From contig CAXNJO010000003.1 of NCBI GenBank assembly GCA_964202905.1, forward strand, positions 480,001 to 544,000: DNA of 64,000 nucleotides, in the 5' to 3' direction. The notes under the pieces are model-generated. The model saw nothing but the letters and a program-made list of their open reading frames with translations, was not told where the DNA came from and made no database searches. Numbering within the stretch: the first letter of the stretch is position 1; every line of letters starts with the position of its first letter. Below are positions 1-10,654 of the stretch, piece after piece. This DNA comes from Polyangiales bacterium. GTDB taxonomy: Bacteria; Myxococcota_A; Polyangia; Polyangiales; JADJQN01. A program made the translations under genes and the position numbers.

Positions 1-335
1 TCGCGGGCATCGTGGTGACGCCGCTCATCACCTGCTTCGCGCTCGTGCTCGGCGTGGGCGCCGCGCTCGTCGTCTCGGCGACGTCGTTCCAGATCCCGCC
101 CGCGTTCTTCCTCTCCTCGGCGCTCGACGCCATCACCCTGCGCGACTTCTGGGCGGGCATCGGCAAGACGCCGGTCTTCGGCTACCTGATGACGATGATC
201 GGCTGCTACTACGGGATGCACACCACCGGTGGCACCGAGGGCGTCGGCCGCAGCACGACGACCGCCGTGGTCGTCGTCGCGATCGCGATCCTGATCGCCG
301 ACGCGCTGCTCACGCAGGTCTTCGTCAGCCTATGA
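1..335 (+). CDS. mlaE: MlaE-family ABC transporter permease (5' part outside window)
   Basis: C-terminal MlaE signature G-x-x-T-T-G-G-T-E-G-V-G-R-S-T-T-T-A-V-V; hydrophobic; frame open at window edge. Confidence 0.85.
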   Translation, partial: AGIVVTPLITCFALVLGVGAALVVSATSFQIPPAFFLSSALDAITLRDFWAGIGKTPVFGYLMTMIGCYYGMHTTGGTEGVGRSTTTAVVVVAIAILIADALLTQVFVSL

Positions 336-700
336 GCCCGCCGGCGCGCGCCCCGCGGCTCGGCGCAGCGGCGATCGCGGTCGGCGCGGCGCTTGCGGCG
401 GGCCTCGCCGCGATGCTGATCCACGCGCGCGCAGGGCGGGCCGAGGCCGATCGACCGGCGGCACGGCAGGCCCGGGCGGCGATCGTCGGGCTGACGGGGA
501 GCCCCGATCTCGCGCTCTCCTCGGCCTCGCGCTGGCTGCGGCACCCCTCGCTCAGCGAGCCGGGCGCCGCGTTCGCGGACGCCCCCGCGATGCCCGACAC
601 CGATCCGGCGGGCGCCGCGATCGCCGCCCCGCGCGCGCTGTTCCACGGCGCCGCGCGCGAGCGCCTCACGGTGCGCCGCGCACACGGGGCGCCGCGATGA
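332..700 (+). CDS. Small membrane-anchored hypothetical protein
   Basis: ATGA overlaps with both neighbours; N-terminal TM; DLALSSASRWLRHPS motif. Confidence 0.7.
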   Translation: MSPPARAPRLGAAAIAVGAALAAGLAAMLIHARAGRAEADRPAARQARAAIVGLTGSPDLALSSASRWLRHPSLSEPGAAFADAPAMPDTDPAGAAIAAPRALFHGAARERLTVRRAHGAPR

Positions 701-1875
701 AGCGACACCGCGCGCTCCTCGCGCACGCGCTCGGCGCGCTCGTGCGGCGGCGCGGGCGCAACGCGGCGGTCGCGGTGGGCCTCGCGCTCGTGGTCGCGCT
801 CTTCACGGCGGTGCTCTTCCTCGGGGACGCGCTCCGCGCCGAGGTCGAGGCCGGCGCGCGGCACGTGCCGGACCTCGCCGTGCAGCGCCTGGTCGCCGGG
901 CGCCCCGCGCTCGTCCCGACGGACGCGGCCCGCGCGGTGGCGGCGATCCCCGGCGTGCGCACCGTGACGCCGCGCGTCTGGGGCTACCTCTACGCGCCGC
1001 CGATCTCCGCCAACGTGACCGTGCTCGGCGCGACGGGCCGCGAGGCGCTCCCGCCCGCGGTCGTGGCGGGGCGCGCGCTGCGGCCGGGGGAGCGCGGCGC
1101 GTGCGTGCTCGGCGCGGCGCTCGCCGACGCGCTCGGCGTGCGCGTGGGCGACGAGATCGCGCTCGCCGGGAACGCGGGCGCCGACGCGGTGCGCGTGCTG
1201 CGCGTGGTCGGCACGTTCCACGACGCGAGCGCGCTCCGCACCGCGGATCTGCTCGTGACGAGCGACACCGACGCGCGCGCCCTGCTCGGCGTCGCCGAGG
1301 GCTTCGTCACCGACCTCGCCGTCGCGCTCAGCACGCCCGACGAGGCGCGCGTCGCGACGGACAAGATCGCGCGCCTGATCCCGGGCGCGCGCGTCGTCGA
1401 CAAACAGCGGCTGCGGCGTGCGTACGCGCTCACGCTCGACGGCCGCAGCGGGCTGCTCACGGCCGCGCTCCTGCCCGCGCTCGCCGCGCTGCTCCTGCTC
1501 GCGTGGGACCGCCTCACCGGGCTCTCGGAGGCCGAGCGCCGCGAGCTCGGGGTGCTGAAGGCCGTGGGCTGGGAGGTGCGCGACGTGCTCACCGCACGGC
1601 TCTGGGAGTCGGCGCTCGTGGCCTTCGCCGGGGCGACGGTCGGCGTGCTCGTCGCGTACGTCTACGTGTTCGTCGCGCAGGCCCCGGGGCTCGCGGGGGC
1701 CCTCTTCGGGTGGAGCGCGCTCCATCCGCCGCTCCGCCTCACGCCGCAGGTCGACGCCGCGCAGACGCTCGCGCTCGTCGCGGGCGTCGCCGTGCCCTTC
1801 ATCGCGGTCGGCCTCGTGCCCGCCTGGCGCGCGGCGACGCTCGATCCGGATCGCGCGCTGCGGGGGCAGGCGTGA
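697..1875 (+). CDS. FtsX/MacB/LolE-type ABC transporter permease
   Basis: N-terminal TM, periplasmic domain, ERRELGVLKAVGW motif, C-terminal PAWRAATLDP. Confidence 0.9.
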   Translation: MKRHRALLAHALGALVRRRGRNAAVAVGLALVVALFTAVLFLGDALRAEVEAGARHVPDLAVQRLVAGRPALVPTDAARAVAAIPGVRTVTPRVWGYLYAPPISANVTVLGATGREALPPAVVAGRALRPGERGACVLGAALADALGVRVGDEIALAGNAGADAVRVLRVVGTFHDASALRTADLLVTSDTDARALLGVAEGFVTDLAVALSTPDEARVATDKIARLIPGARVVDKQRLRRAYALTLDGRSGLLTAALLPALAALLLLAWDRLTGLSEAERRELGVLKAVGWEVRDVLTARLWESALVAFAGATVGVLVAYVYVFVAQAPGLAGALFGWSALHPPLRLTPQVDAAQTLALVAGVAVPFIAVGLVPAWRAATLDPDRALRGQA

Positions 1876-2606
1876 CGCGCGCCCCGTCCGATGCAGCGGC
1901 GCGGCCGGCGATCGACGCGCGCGCGCTCTGCAAGCGCTACGACGACGGGGTGCGCCGCCGCGAGGTCGTGAGCGACGTGACGCTCGCAGTCGCGCCGGGG
2001 ACCCTCTCCGTGCTCCGCGGCCCGAGCGGCTCCGGCAAGACGACGCTGCTCGGCCTGCTCGGCGGGATGATCGCCCCGACGAGCGGCGAAGTGAGCGTCT
2101 GCGGCGAGCCGCTCTCGCGCCTGCGCGATCACCACCGCGCGCGCGCGCGTCGGCGGCTCGTCGGCTTCGTCTTCCAGGATCTCGCGCTGCTGCCGGGCAT
2201 GAGCCTCACGGAGAACGTGCTGCTGCCGCTCGTCCCGGACGGGGGCGCGACACCCGCGCAGCGCGCGTACGCCGAGGCGCTGCTCGCGCGCTTCGAGCTC
2301 GGGGCGCTCGCCGACGCGCGCGTCGAGCGGCTCTCGGGCGGCGAGCGGCAGCGGGGCGCCCTCGCGCGGGCGCTCGTCTGCGCGCCCGCCGTGCTGCTGC
2401 TCGACGAGCCGACCGCGCACCTCGACGGTGCCCGTGTGCGCGACGTCATCGCGCTCCTCGCGGCGCTCCGCGACGAGGGCCGCACCATCGTCGCGACCAC
2501 GCACGACCCGCGCCTCGCGGACGACCCGCGCATCGACCGCGTGCTCGACCTCGCCGATGGGCGGCTCGTCGGCGACGCCCCCCGCGGCCCCGCAACCCCC
2601 GATTGA
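1872..2606 (+). CDS. ABC transporter ATP-binding protein (LolD/MacB-like)
   Basis: Walker A GPSGSGKT, signature LSGGE, Walker B LLLDEPT, H-loop; GTG start overlaps the permease stop. Confidence 0.92.
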   Translation: MTRAPSDAAARPAIDARALCKRYDDGVRRREVVSDVTLAVAPGTLSVLRGPSGSGKTTLLGLLGGMIAPTSGEVSVCGEPLSRLRDHHRARARRRLVGFVFQDLALLPGMSLTENVLLPLVPDGGATPAQRAYAEALLARFELGALADARVERLSGGERQRGALARALVCAPAVLLLDEPTAHLDGARVRDVIALLAALRDEGRTIVATTHDPRLADDPRIDRVLDLADGRLVGDAPRGPATPD

Positions 2607-2658
2607 ACCGCGACGTCGCGACGCGAACCGCCGTGGCGCCCGCGCGCGGCGACGGCGA

Positions 2659-3735
2659 TCAGCCGCGCAGGGACGCGACGACGCGGAGGACGTTGCCGCC
2701 GAGGATCTTGCGGATGCGCTCGGGTCCGTAGCCGCGCTCGAGCATGAGCGCGACGAGGCGCGGCAGCTCGAGACAGGTCGGCATGTCGCGCGGCGTGACG
2801 ATCGCGCCGTCCCAGTCGCTGCCGAGCGAGACGTGATCGTCGGAGGTCAAACGAATCACGTGGTCGAGGTGATCGACGATGCGCGCCGCGCGCCGACCCT
2901 CGCTCCCGCGCCCGAGGAAGCTCGCCTGGTACATGATGCCGATGGTCCCGCCGCGGTCGGCGATCGCGCGGACCTGATCGTCGTCGAGGTTGCGCCAGTG
3001 CGGGTGCACGCCCGCGATCCCGGTGTGCGTGACGATCGGCGCGATCGTGCGGTCGTGCACCGCGAGCGCGTCCCAGAAGCCCCTCTTGCTGATGTGCGCG
3101 AGGTCGACGAAGACCTTCCGCGCGTTCAGGGCCTCGACGAGGGCACGCCCCGCGTCGGTGAGCCCGGTGTCGCCGGGGCCACGCAGCGGCGAGCTGGTCG
3201 CGCCGAGCCCCGAGTTCGAGAGATGCACGAGCGTCACGCGCAGGATGGCGCCCGGCGGGAGGCGATCGAGCGCGCCGACGTCCCCGTCGAGCGCGTTGCC
3301 GCCCTGGATGCCGAGGAAGGCGCCGTGCTTGCCGGCGGCGCGCGCCGCGCGGTACTCGCGCACGTTCGTCACGAGCGCGAGGTCCTCGGGTGCGCGCGCG
3401 ACGAGCGCGCTCAGCGCGCGCACGTTCTCGACGAGCGCGTGGGGGCGGCTGCCCGTCGGGCGGAGCGGGTTGGTCGTGACGACCCAGACCGCGCCGCCGA
3501 TCGCCGCCTCGCGGATCCGCGGGAAGTCGACCTGCCCGAGGATGCGCGCCCCGAAGGGCCCCGTCCCGTGGCGACGCGTCAGGTCGTAGCCGAAGACGCG
3601 ATGCCAGATGAACGTGTCGACGTGGAGGTCGATCACCTCGCTCGCGAGGTAGAGCTCGACGGCCTCCCGCGGGATGCCGAGCGCGCGCGCCCAGGCCCCC
3701 GGATCGACGTGGTGATCGGTGAAGGCGAGTCGCAC
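2659..3735 (-). CDS. Membrane dipeptidase family (peptidase M19)
   Basis: DLHVDT, VDLAH, THTG, RNLDD and LGSDWDG motifs; GTG start inferred at 3735 within ORF 2659..5244. Confidence 0.85.
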   Translation of the reverse strand: MRLAFTDHHVDPGAWARALGIPREAVELYLASEVIDLHVDTFIWHRVFGYDLTRRHGTGPFGARILGQVDFPRIREAAIGGAVWVVTTNPLRPTGSRPHALVENVRALSALVARAPEDLALVTNVREYRAARAAGKHGAFLGIQGGNALDGDVGALDRLPPGAILRVTLVHLSNSGLGATSSPLRGPGDTGLTDAGRALVEALNARKVFVDLAHISKRGFWDALAVHDRTIAPIVTHTGIAGVHPHWRNLDDDQVRAIADRGGTIGIMYQASFLGRGSEGRRAARIVDHLDHVIRLTSDDHVSLGSDWDGAIVTPRDMPTCLELPRLVALMLERGYGPERIRKILGGNVLRVVASLRG

Positions 3736-3746
3736 CGCGGGGCGCC

Positions 3747-5762
3747 TCAGCCGAGGATCGGCGTGCAGAGGCCCGCGACGTCGACGCTGAACACGCGCGG
3801 CGCGCTGCGCCGATCGTCGGTGCTCAAACGGATCTCGACCTGCAGGAACCGTCGCTCGGGGATGGGGCCGGGTGCCTCGGTGAGATCGACGGGCGAGCCG
3901 GCGAAGGGGCCGATCCACGTCTCGAGCTCGAGGCCCGCGAGGCTGTCGGCGGCGCGCACCCAGATCTCGACGCGCGTGCCCGGCGGCGTCTCGGCGCGGA
4001 AGCGCGCGCCGAGCCAGCGGTTGCGGCCGCCGGCGCAGCCCTCCTCGACGAAGCGGTAGCGGCCGCGCGGCTCCGCGAAGGTGTTGAGGCCGAAGCCGAT
4101 GAAGTCGCTGTACGTGTACGGCGTGAGCCCGACGGGATGCTCGATCCACGTCCCCGCGGCCGGATCGAAGCGCGCCGCCGAGTTCGTGCCCTGACAGATC
4201 GCCCACACCGAGCCGTCGAAGGAGACGCCGACGCCCACCGGCCCCGTGCCCGTCGGCATCGTGTGCGTCGCGACGAAGCCCATCGTCGCGAGGTCGTACT
4301 GCACGATGCGGTTGGAGAGCCCGCCGCCGAAGCCCGCCGTGTTGTGGCTGAGCCCCACCCAGAGGCTCGTCTCGTCGGCCGCGACGCCGCGCGTCGTGCC
4401 GCCGCCGGGCACCGTGTACTGCTCCCAGGTGTCGGTCGCGATGTCGTAGCGGAGCAGGTTCGGCTCGGAATCGCTGTTCGCTACGATCACGTGGCCACGA
4501 CCATCGACGGTGATGCCATACGTACCGACCGGCTGCCCACCCGGCAGCGGCGAGGCCATGCGCCAGGCGCCGCTCGCGTCGAGGTAGCCGAGCAGGTCGC
4601 GCACGCTCGAGCGATCGCCCATCCAGATGCGGCCGTCGGCGTCCGCGGAGGCGCCGTACGGACGAAACGGCCGCCCCGCCGAAGAGAGCGGCGTGCACGC
4701 CACCGTCGCGCCCGTGCGCGGGTTGAGGCGACACGCCTGCGCCGCGTTGTAGAGCCCGACCCAGACGTCGCCGATGACGTCGTCCGCGGGCGCGAGGCCG
4801 ATCGTGAGCGCGCGCGGCACGCCGTCGTTGCCGCCGACGGGCACCGTCCAGAGGATGCACTCGTCGTCGTGGCCGATGTACTCGCCGGGCGCGCTCAGCG
4901 AGATCGCGCCGTCGCCGTCGAGGTCGCGGCTCGTGTCGATCACGCCGTTCGCGTTGCGGTCGACGCAGTCGCTCTCGCGGTTCGCGTACTTGGTGACGCT
5001 GCCCTGGTTGCCGAAGGCGCGGTTCGCGACGTACGCGTCGAAGTTCTGATCGACCGCGGTGCGCGAGGGGCAGTTGCCGATCTCCGGCAGGCCCAGCGCG
5101 GCGTTCGCGCCGAAGCTGCACCGCTCGCCCCAGGGCCGCGCGCGGTTCGTCGCGTCGGGGCGCGCGCTCGGGTAGCGCGCGAGCTCCGTGTTCGTGCGCG
5201 AGTCGAGCTTCGACACGGTGGACTCGTCCTGATTGGCGACCCACACCGCGAAGGAGCGCGACTCCGTGCGGCCGAGCGTGAGGGCGCCCTCGGCGTCCAC
5301 GATCACGCCCTCCGCGTTCTCCGGCGTCGGCATCCAGCCCGCCATGCCGGGCGTCGCGGAGACGGTGCAGCCCGGCTCGCAGAGCGTGCAGACGTCGGCG
5401 AAGCCCTCATCCGTCTCGCCGTCGCAGTCGTTGTCGACGGTGTCGCAGACCTCGTCCCCGCCGCGCTGCGCGCTCGTGTCGTCGCAGTCCGGGCCCGCGG
5501 CGCAGCCCTCGCCGCGACCGTCGCCGTCGCCGTCGCTGCAGCCGTCGCCGAGGTCCTGTCCGCCGAGATCGGGGGCGCCGGCGTCGGGCCGCGCGACACA
5601 GCGCCGATCGCGGCAGGTCTCGCTCGCGGGGCAGTCCGCGCTCGACACGCACGCCCCCGGCGCCGGGGGCGTCGGAGAGCCTCCGCAGTCGCACGCGCCA
5701 AGCCCGAGCACCCCGAACAGGAAGACGAGCACGCGGGCGGAGCGGGAGCGGCTTGGCATCAT
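3747..5762 (-). CDS. Secreted Cys-rich lipoprotein with Vgb-like beta-propeller
   Basis: Signal peptide/lipobox (LGAC), DCDD...EVCDTVDNDCDG Ca-binding motif, repeated VWV/G-x-x-VD propeller blades, YTYSDFIG. Confidence 0.75.
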   Translation of the reverse strand: MMPSRSRSARVLVFLFGVLGLGACDCGGSPTPPAPGACVSSADCPASETCRDRRCVARPDAGAPDLGGQDLGDGCSDGDGDGRGEGCAAGPDCDDTSAQRGGDEVCDTVDNDCDGETDEGFADVCTLCEPGCTVSATPGMAGWMPTPENAEGVIVDAEGALTLGRTESRSFAVWVANQDESTVSKLDSRTNTELARYPSARPDATNRARPWGERCSFGANAALGLPEIGNCPSRTAVDQNFDAYVANRAFGNQGSVTKYANRESDCVDRNANGVIDTSRDLDGDGAISLSAPGEYIGHDDECILWTVPVGGNDGVPRALTIGLAPADDVIGDVWVGLYNAAQACRLNPRTGATVACTPLSSAGRPFRPYGASADADGRIWMGDRSSVRDLLGYLDASGAWRMASPLPGGQPVGTYGITVDGRGHVIVANSDSEPNLLRYDIATDTWEQYTVPGGGTTRGVAADETSLWVGLSHNTAGFGGGLSNRIVQYDLATMGFVATHTMPTGTGPVGVGVSFDGSVWAICQGTNSAARFDPAAGTWIEHPVGLTPYTYSDFIGFGLNTFAEPRGRYRFVEEGCAGGRNRWLGARFRAETPPGTRVEIWVRAADSLAGLELETWIGPFAGSPVDLTEAPGPIPERRFLQVEIRLSTDDRRSAPRVFSVDVAGLCTPILG

Positions 5763-5869
5763 CGCGCTCAGACTAGCGGAGAGGCGCGGCGGCGCGAAGT
5801 GGACGGCGGCACGCAGGACCCGCGCGGTGCGGCGGCGCGCGCGGGGGCGCGTGGTAGATCCCCGGTGTC

Positions 5870-6907
5870 GTGGCGACGAACGTCCTGCACCCGCTGCTGC
5901 TGCTCCGGCTCGTGGCCGCGGTCGTGGTGGCCGCGCTCGTGATCGCCGGGACGCGGGTCGGCTGGCAGGTGCTCGCGCGCTGGCACGTCGCGCAGGCGAG
6001 CGAGGGGCAGTTGATCCTCGAGCGGCGCGCGGAGCTCGTCGCGACGCTCGTGCAGGGCGCGCTCGGCGCGACGGTCGCGGGGCTCGTGCTCACGGTGCTC
6101 ACCGCCGATCGGCTCGCGCCGTCGATCCGCGGCGCGATGTGCGCGTACGGCGTGTTCGGCTCGACGGCGACGGGCTTCGTCGCGCTCGCGACGAGCGCCG
6201 CCTCCGCCGCGGCGTGCGCGCTCTGGGTCGTGCTGCACCGGCTCGACCTGCGCCTCGCGACGCCGGCGCTCACGCGCCGGAAGTTCACCGCGCTGCTGCT
6301 GCTCGCGCCGCTCGTGCTCGCGGACCTCGTCGCGCAGCTGCGCTTCGTGCTCGAGCTCGACTTCACCGTGGTCGCGTCGTGCTGTTCGACCTCGCTCGAC
6401 GGCGCCGCCGCCGTCGTCGAACGCGCCGCACCCGCGGGCGCGCGCTCCCTCGCGACGGGCGTCGCGCTCACGGCGGCCCTCGGCGCGGCGGGCGCGGCCC
6501 TCCTCACGCGCAGGGCCCCCAGGGCGGGCGCGGCGTGGGCGGGCGGCGCGCTCTCGCTCCTCGCTGCGGCGGCCGCGGTGCCCGCCGTGCTCTGGGTCGT
6601 CGCGCCCTACGCGTACGAGTCGCCGCACCACCTCTGCCCGTTCTGTCTGCTCCGCGCCGAGGCCGCGGGGCTCGGCTGGCCGCTCTTCGCCGCGCTCTTC
6701 GCGGGCACGGTGCTCGGCAGCGCGCTCGCGCTCGTCGAGTCACAGAAGCGCGCACCCGGCGCGGCCGTCGAGGGCGCGGCCCTGCAACGCGGGCTCGCGG
6801 GCTGGGCGGCCGGGGCCTGGCTGCTCGCCGTCGCGCTCGCGGCGACACCGGTCGTGCGCTACCTGCTGCGCACGGGCGGTGCCTCGCTCTTCGGAGACCA
6901 CGGATGA
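5870..6907 (+). CDS. Multi-TM membrane protein with conserved Cys motifs
   Basis: About 8 hydrophobic segments; GAMCAYG, SCCS and HHLCPFC motifs; coupled to the NosL-like gene. Confidence 0.75.
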   Translation: MATNVLHPLLLLRLVAAVVVAALVIAGTRVGWQVLARWHVAQASEGQLILERRAELVATLVQGALGATVAGLVLTVLTADRLAPSIRGAMCAYGVFGSTATGFVALATSAASAAACALWVVLHRLDLRLATPALTRRKFTALLLLAPLVLADLVAQLRFVLELDFTVVASCCSTSLDGAAAVVERAAPAGARSLATGVALTAALGAAGAALLTRRAPRAGAAWAGGALSLLAAAAAVPAVLWVVAPYAYESPHHLCPFCLLRAEAAGLGWPLFAALFAGTVLGSALALVESQKRAPGAAVEGAALQRGLAGWAAGAWLLAVALAATPVVRYLLRTGGASLFGDHG

Positions 6908-7365
6908 CGAACGCCCTCCCGCGCCGCAGCCTGATTTTCGCTTTTTTTTCAGGCGTTTTCGCCCTCTTCGTCGCGGGCGCGTGCAACCGCGAGGAGCGCC
7001 CACGCTGCGAGCGCTGCGGGATGTTCGTCGACGCGCAGCCGCGCTGGCGGGCGGGCGCCGTCGCCGCGGGCGGGCGGGCGGTGCACTTCGACGCGCCGCG
7101 CTGCCTCTTCGCGTGGCTGCGCTCGGACGCCGCGCGCGGCAGCGAGGCGCCCTGGGTCACGGAGTACTACGCGCAGCGCCGGCGCCCCGCCGCCTTCCTC
7201 TGGTACGTCGCGGGCAGCGACGTGACGGGCCCGATGGGCCCCGACCTCATCCCCCTCGACGACGAGGCGGCCGCGCAGCGCTTCCGCGAGGAGCACCGCG
7301 GCACGCGGGTCCTGCGCTTCGACGCGATCGACGCCGCGACGCTCGACGCGCTCGACGCGCGCTGA
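6904..7365 (+). CDS. nosL: NosL-family copper-binding lipoprotein
   Basis: Lipobox AGAC, CERCGM, FDAPRC, YVAGSDVTGPMGPDLIP; ATG at 6904 overlaps the upstream stop. Confidence 0.85.
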   Translation: MTNALPRRSLIFAFFSGVFALFVAGACNREERPRCERCGMFVDAQPRWRAGAVAAGGRAVHFDAPRCLFAWLRSDAARGSEAPWVTEYYAQRRRPAAFLWYVAGSDVTGPMGPDLIPLDDEAAAQRFREEHRGTRVLRFDAIDAATLDALDAR

Positions 7366-7374
7366 GGAGCCCGC

Positions 7375-8290
7375 GTGCGCCGACGACACCTCGCCCTCGT
7401 GCTCGTTCTCGCGCTCGGCCCGCCGACGGCGCCGCGGCACGCGCGGGCCGGGGACTTCTGGGAGCAGGTCCGCTCGCCCGGCGTGCGGGCCTATCGACGG
7501 CGGGTCGAGGAGGGTCGCGCCGCGCTCCGTGAAGGCCGCGCCGAGGATGCGCTCGCCGCCGCAGACGCCGCGATCGCCCTGCGTCCGGACGCGGCCCCGG
7601 CGCACGCGCTGCGGGCGCTCGCGTCCATCGGCACGGGGGGACCGGGCGACCCGCGCGCGCTTGACGCCGTGCGACGGGCCGCCGCCGCCGATCCCGCCGC
7701 GTTCGACGCGCCCGACGAAGCCGAGGCCGCCGCCCGCGCCGCCGCGCTCGGAGGCGAACCCGCGCTCGGCGCGACGCTGCTCGCGCGCGCCGTCGCGCGG
7801 CTCGCCGGCGCACGCTCCGCACCGCGCGCGCCTCTACGTGCTGCTCGGCGATCTGCGGCTCGCCGCGGGCCCTGGCGTCGAGGCGGCCACGGCGACGGAC
7901 GCGCTGCGCACGGCGATCCGCGCCTTCCGCGAGGGCCTCTCGCACCCCGCCACGCAGACGCGCGCGCGCCTCGGGCTCGCGCTCGCCCTGCGCCGCGCGG
8001 GACAGCTCGAGGAGGCGCGTGTCGTCGCGCGGGAAGTCCTCGTGCAGGGCGGGTTGGTGGAGCAGGTCTTCGGGGCCGATCGCCCCCTGCTGCCGCCGAC
8101 GGAGCTCACCGCGCGCGCGGCGGTCGCGCTCGAAGCGCTCGGCGACCGCGAAGGGGCCCGCGAGCGCTGGCGACGCGCGGCGGAGGACGGCCCCTGGCAG
8201 GCCCACGCCCTCGCGGAGGCCGACGCCCCCGCCATGCCGACGCCGACACGCCCGCCGCGCAGGCCCGCACGCCGCGGAACGACGCCGTGA
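7375..8290 (+). pseudogene. Secreted TPR protein, split by an apparent frameshift near 7810
   Basis: Signal peptide and TPR-like helices in frame 7375 up to ARAVARLAG; TPR-like sequence continues in frame 7529..8290 (RARLYVLLGDLRL...). Confidence 0.6.
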
Positions 8291-8437
8291 GCCCGCCGCG
8301 GCGGCGCGCTCCCCGCGTCACGCGGCCCCCCGCGCACCGCGCCGACACGCGGCGATCCGCAGAGACGCCGCCTGCACCGCCGCCGCGCGACATCCACGGG
8401 CGCCGCACGGCGCGCGGACGCCGCGCATGGGCGCGGT

Positions 8438-9952
8438 GTGCACGCGCGCGGCGCGCGTCCGCGGGGCACGCCGCAGGACTGCGACCGGCCACGCTGCGAC
8501 CGGCCGACGCTGCGACCGGCCGCACTCCTCGCGGCCGCGCTGTTCGCGCAGGCGCTCGGGCTCGACGCGCCGCGACGCGCTCAGGCCGACGACGGCGTCC
8601 GCCGGCCCCGCGCGACGGCCCCGTTCTGGGCCCGCGTGACCGAGCCGGGCGCCGCGCGGGCGGCGACGCTCCTAGCCTCGGCGCGCGGCTGGCTCGACCT
8701 CGCGACGGGGGTGCCCGGCGGCTGGGCCACGCTCTGCCCGGCGCTCGACGCGGCCTCCGCGCGGCTCACGCGTGAGCGGCTCGTCAAACAGTCCGTCGCG
8801 GCCGACAACGCGATCGCGCGGCTCACGCTGGCGCGCGCGGACGCCCCGCGGGACCCCGCGATCGTCTACGCGCTCGCGCTCGCGACGAGCCTCTGGGAGC
8901 GCCCGGATCGCGGCTGCGCCGTGCGGCGCCGCGACGCCGACGCGCGCGCGCTGTGGCAAGCGCTGCGCGACCTCGATCCGGGCTTCGAGTCGGAGACGGT
9001 CGGCGCCGAGCTCGCGCTGGCGCATACGCGGCTCGGCGACGTCGACGCGGCGATCGCGGCGTACGCGCAGCTCGTCCAGCAGACCGAGCACGCCCCGCGC
9101 AAGGCGCTCCTCGCGCACGGCAACCTCGCGGAACTGCTCATGTTGCGGGGCGACCTGCGCGCCGCCGTGGCGCACTACGAGCGGGCCGCGGCGCTCGCCC
9201 GCGAGGCCGATGACCCCGACGCGCTCGCGCTCGCGGAGCTGGGGCTCGCCTGCGCGCTCGATCGGCTGGGCGAGCACGCGCAGGCGCTCACGGTCGCGCG
9301 CGCCGCCGTCGATCGCAGCGGCGACTCGCTGCGCGTGCTGCGGAGCGGCGGCGTGTTCTTCGTGCCCGCGTGGGAGGTGCACGTCTACGAAGCGCTCGGG
9401 CACGAGGCGCGGGCCGATGGCACCCGCGCGCCGCTGCCTGCCGCACGGGCCCGCAGCACCCGCGCGGAGGGCCTCGCCCGCGCGCTCGACGCGCTGCTCG
9501 CCCGCCCCCTCTCGCGCGAGGCGCTCGACACCGTCGCGCGGGGCACCGCGGCGTGGCTCGCCGCCTCCGGCGCCGGTGTGTCCGAGCCCTTCGCCCGCGA
9601 GGAATCCGCGGCCGCGCGCAGCCTCGGTGAGACGCTCGCGCGGGTCGGCGCCGCGCACGAGGCGCAACGCCGACGGGAGCGCGAGGTCGCACGATCGGCC
9701 TCGCTCCGCACCCTCGCCGACGACGCAGCGCCTTCCGCGGTCGCGACGGCCGAAACCCGCGACCGCCTCACGCTCGGCGGCCTCGCCGCCGCGGCGCGCA
9801 GCTGGCGGCGTTACCTCGACGAAGGCGGCGCCGACGGGCCCTCCGCCGCACACGCCGGCGCGCACCTCACCCGGCTCGCCGCACGCATCGCGACCCTCGC
9901 GGCGCGCCCCGCAGCCCAGGGGGCCCGCCGTGACAGGCTCCACATCCCGTGA
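8438..9952 (+). CDS. TPR-repeat protein (start uncertain)
   Basis: Repeated TPR-like helices ([26 protein letters not shown]); hydrophobic signal-like stretch near aa 25-40. Confidence 0.7.
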   Translation: MHARGARPRGTPQDCDRPRCDRPTLRPAALLAAALFAQALGLDAPRRAQADDGVRRPRATAPFWARVTEPGAARAATLLASARGWLDLATGVPGGWATLCPALDAASARLTRERLVKQSVAADNAIARLTLARADAPRDPAIVYALALATSLWERPDRGCAVRRRDADARALWQALRDLDPGFESETVGAELALAHTRLGDVDAAIAAYAQLVQQTEHAPRKALLAHGNLAELLMLRGDLRAAVAHYERAAALAREADDPDALALAELGLACALDRLGEHAQALTVARAAVDRSGDSLRVLRSGGVFFVPAWEVHVYEALGHEARADGTRAPLPAARARSTRAEGLARALDALLARPLSREALDTVARGTAAWLAASGAGVSEPFAREESAAARSLGETLARVGAAHEAQRRREREVARSASLRTLADDAAPSAVATAETRDRLTLGGLAAAARSWRRYLDEGGADGPSAAHAGAHLTRLAARIATLAARPAAQGARRDRLHIP

Positions 9953-10009
9953 CCGGCGACGCCCCCGGTGAATGGCGACGCGCCATGCGCCCGGTAAACG
10001 GCGACGCGC

Positions 10010-10654
10010 TCAGCCCTCGAGCGGGAACGCGACGAGCACGACGACGTTCCACACGAGGTGCGCGACGAGCGGGGGCACGAGGCTCCCCGACCCCTCACGC
10101 AGCAACCCCCACGCGAGCCCGCACGCGAGCGCCACGAGCGCCAGCGTGGGCGCGCCGAGCGGCAGCAGCACCAGCCCGTACACGAGCGCGCACGCGCCGA
10201 GCCCCACCACGCGCCCGAAGCGCCGCACGAGCGCGGCATGCACCACCCCGCGCCACACGAGCTCTTCGCCGACGATCACGGGCAGGACCGCCAGCGCCGC
10301 GGTCGCGGGCGAAGGCCCACGGAAGGCCGCGTACAGCGCCGCCGTGTCATGCGCGACGAAGGGCGCGAAGCGCGCGATCGTCGGGTAGAGCAGGTGGGTC
10401 GCGCAGGCCATCGCGACGCCCACCCCCGCCCCGAGGAGCACGAGCGGGCCGCTCGGCCGCGCGACGGCGCGCATCGCGGGACCCTCGATCGCGAACGCCG
10501 CCGCGCCGAGCACGAGCGCCGCGCTGCCGACGGCGAGCCACATGCCGATGGGCCGCGCCGCCGCGACCGCCACCAGCCAGACGAGCACGGACGCGCCCGC
10601 GAGCGCTTCGTCACGCCGTACGCGGGGGTCGCGCGCGGCCACCCCCTCGCTCAT
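10010..10654 (-). CDS. CPBP/Abi (CAAX-like) intramembrane glutamic endopeptidase
   Basis: EELVWRG and AHLVWN motifs, multi-TM. Confidence 0.88.
   Translation of the reverse strand: MSEGVAARDPRVRRDEALAGASVLVWLVAVAAARPIGMWLAVGSAALVLGAAAFAIEGPAMRAVARPSGPLVLLGAGVGVAMACATHLLYPTIARFAPFVAHDTAALYAAFRGPSPATAALAVLPVIVGEELVWRGVVHAALVRRFGRVVGLGACALVYGLVLLPLGAPTLALVALACGLAWGLLREGSGSLVPPLVAHLVWNVVVLVAFPLEG

Noticed and set aside
6904..7365. Denitrification (nos) cluster
   Set aside because: No nosZ, nosD or nosR in the window.
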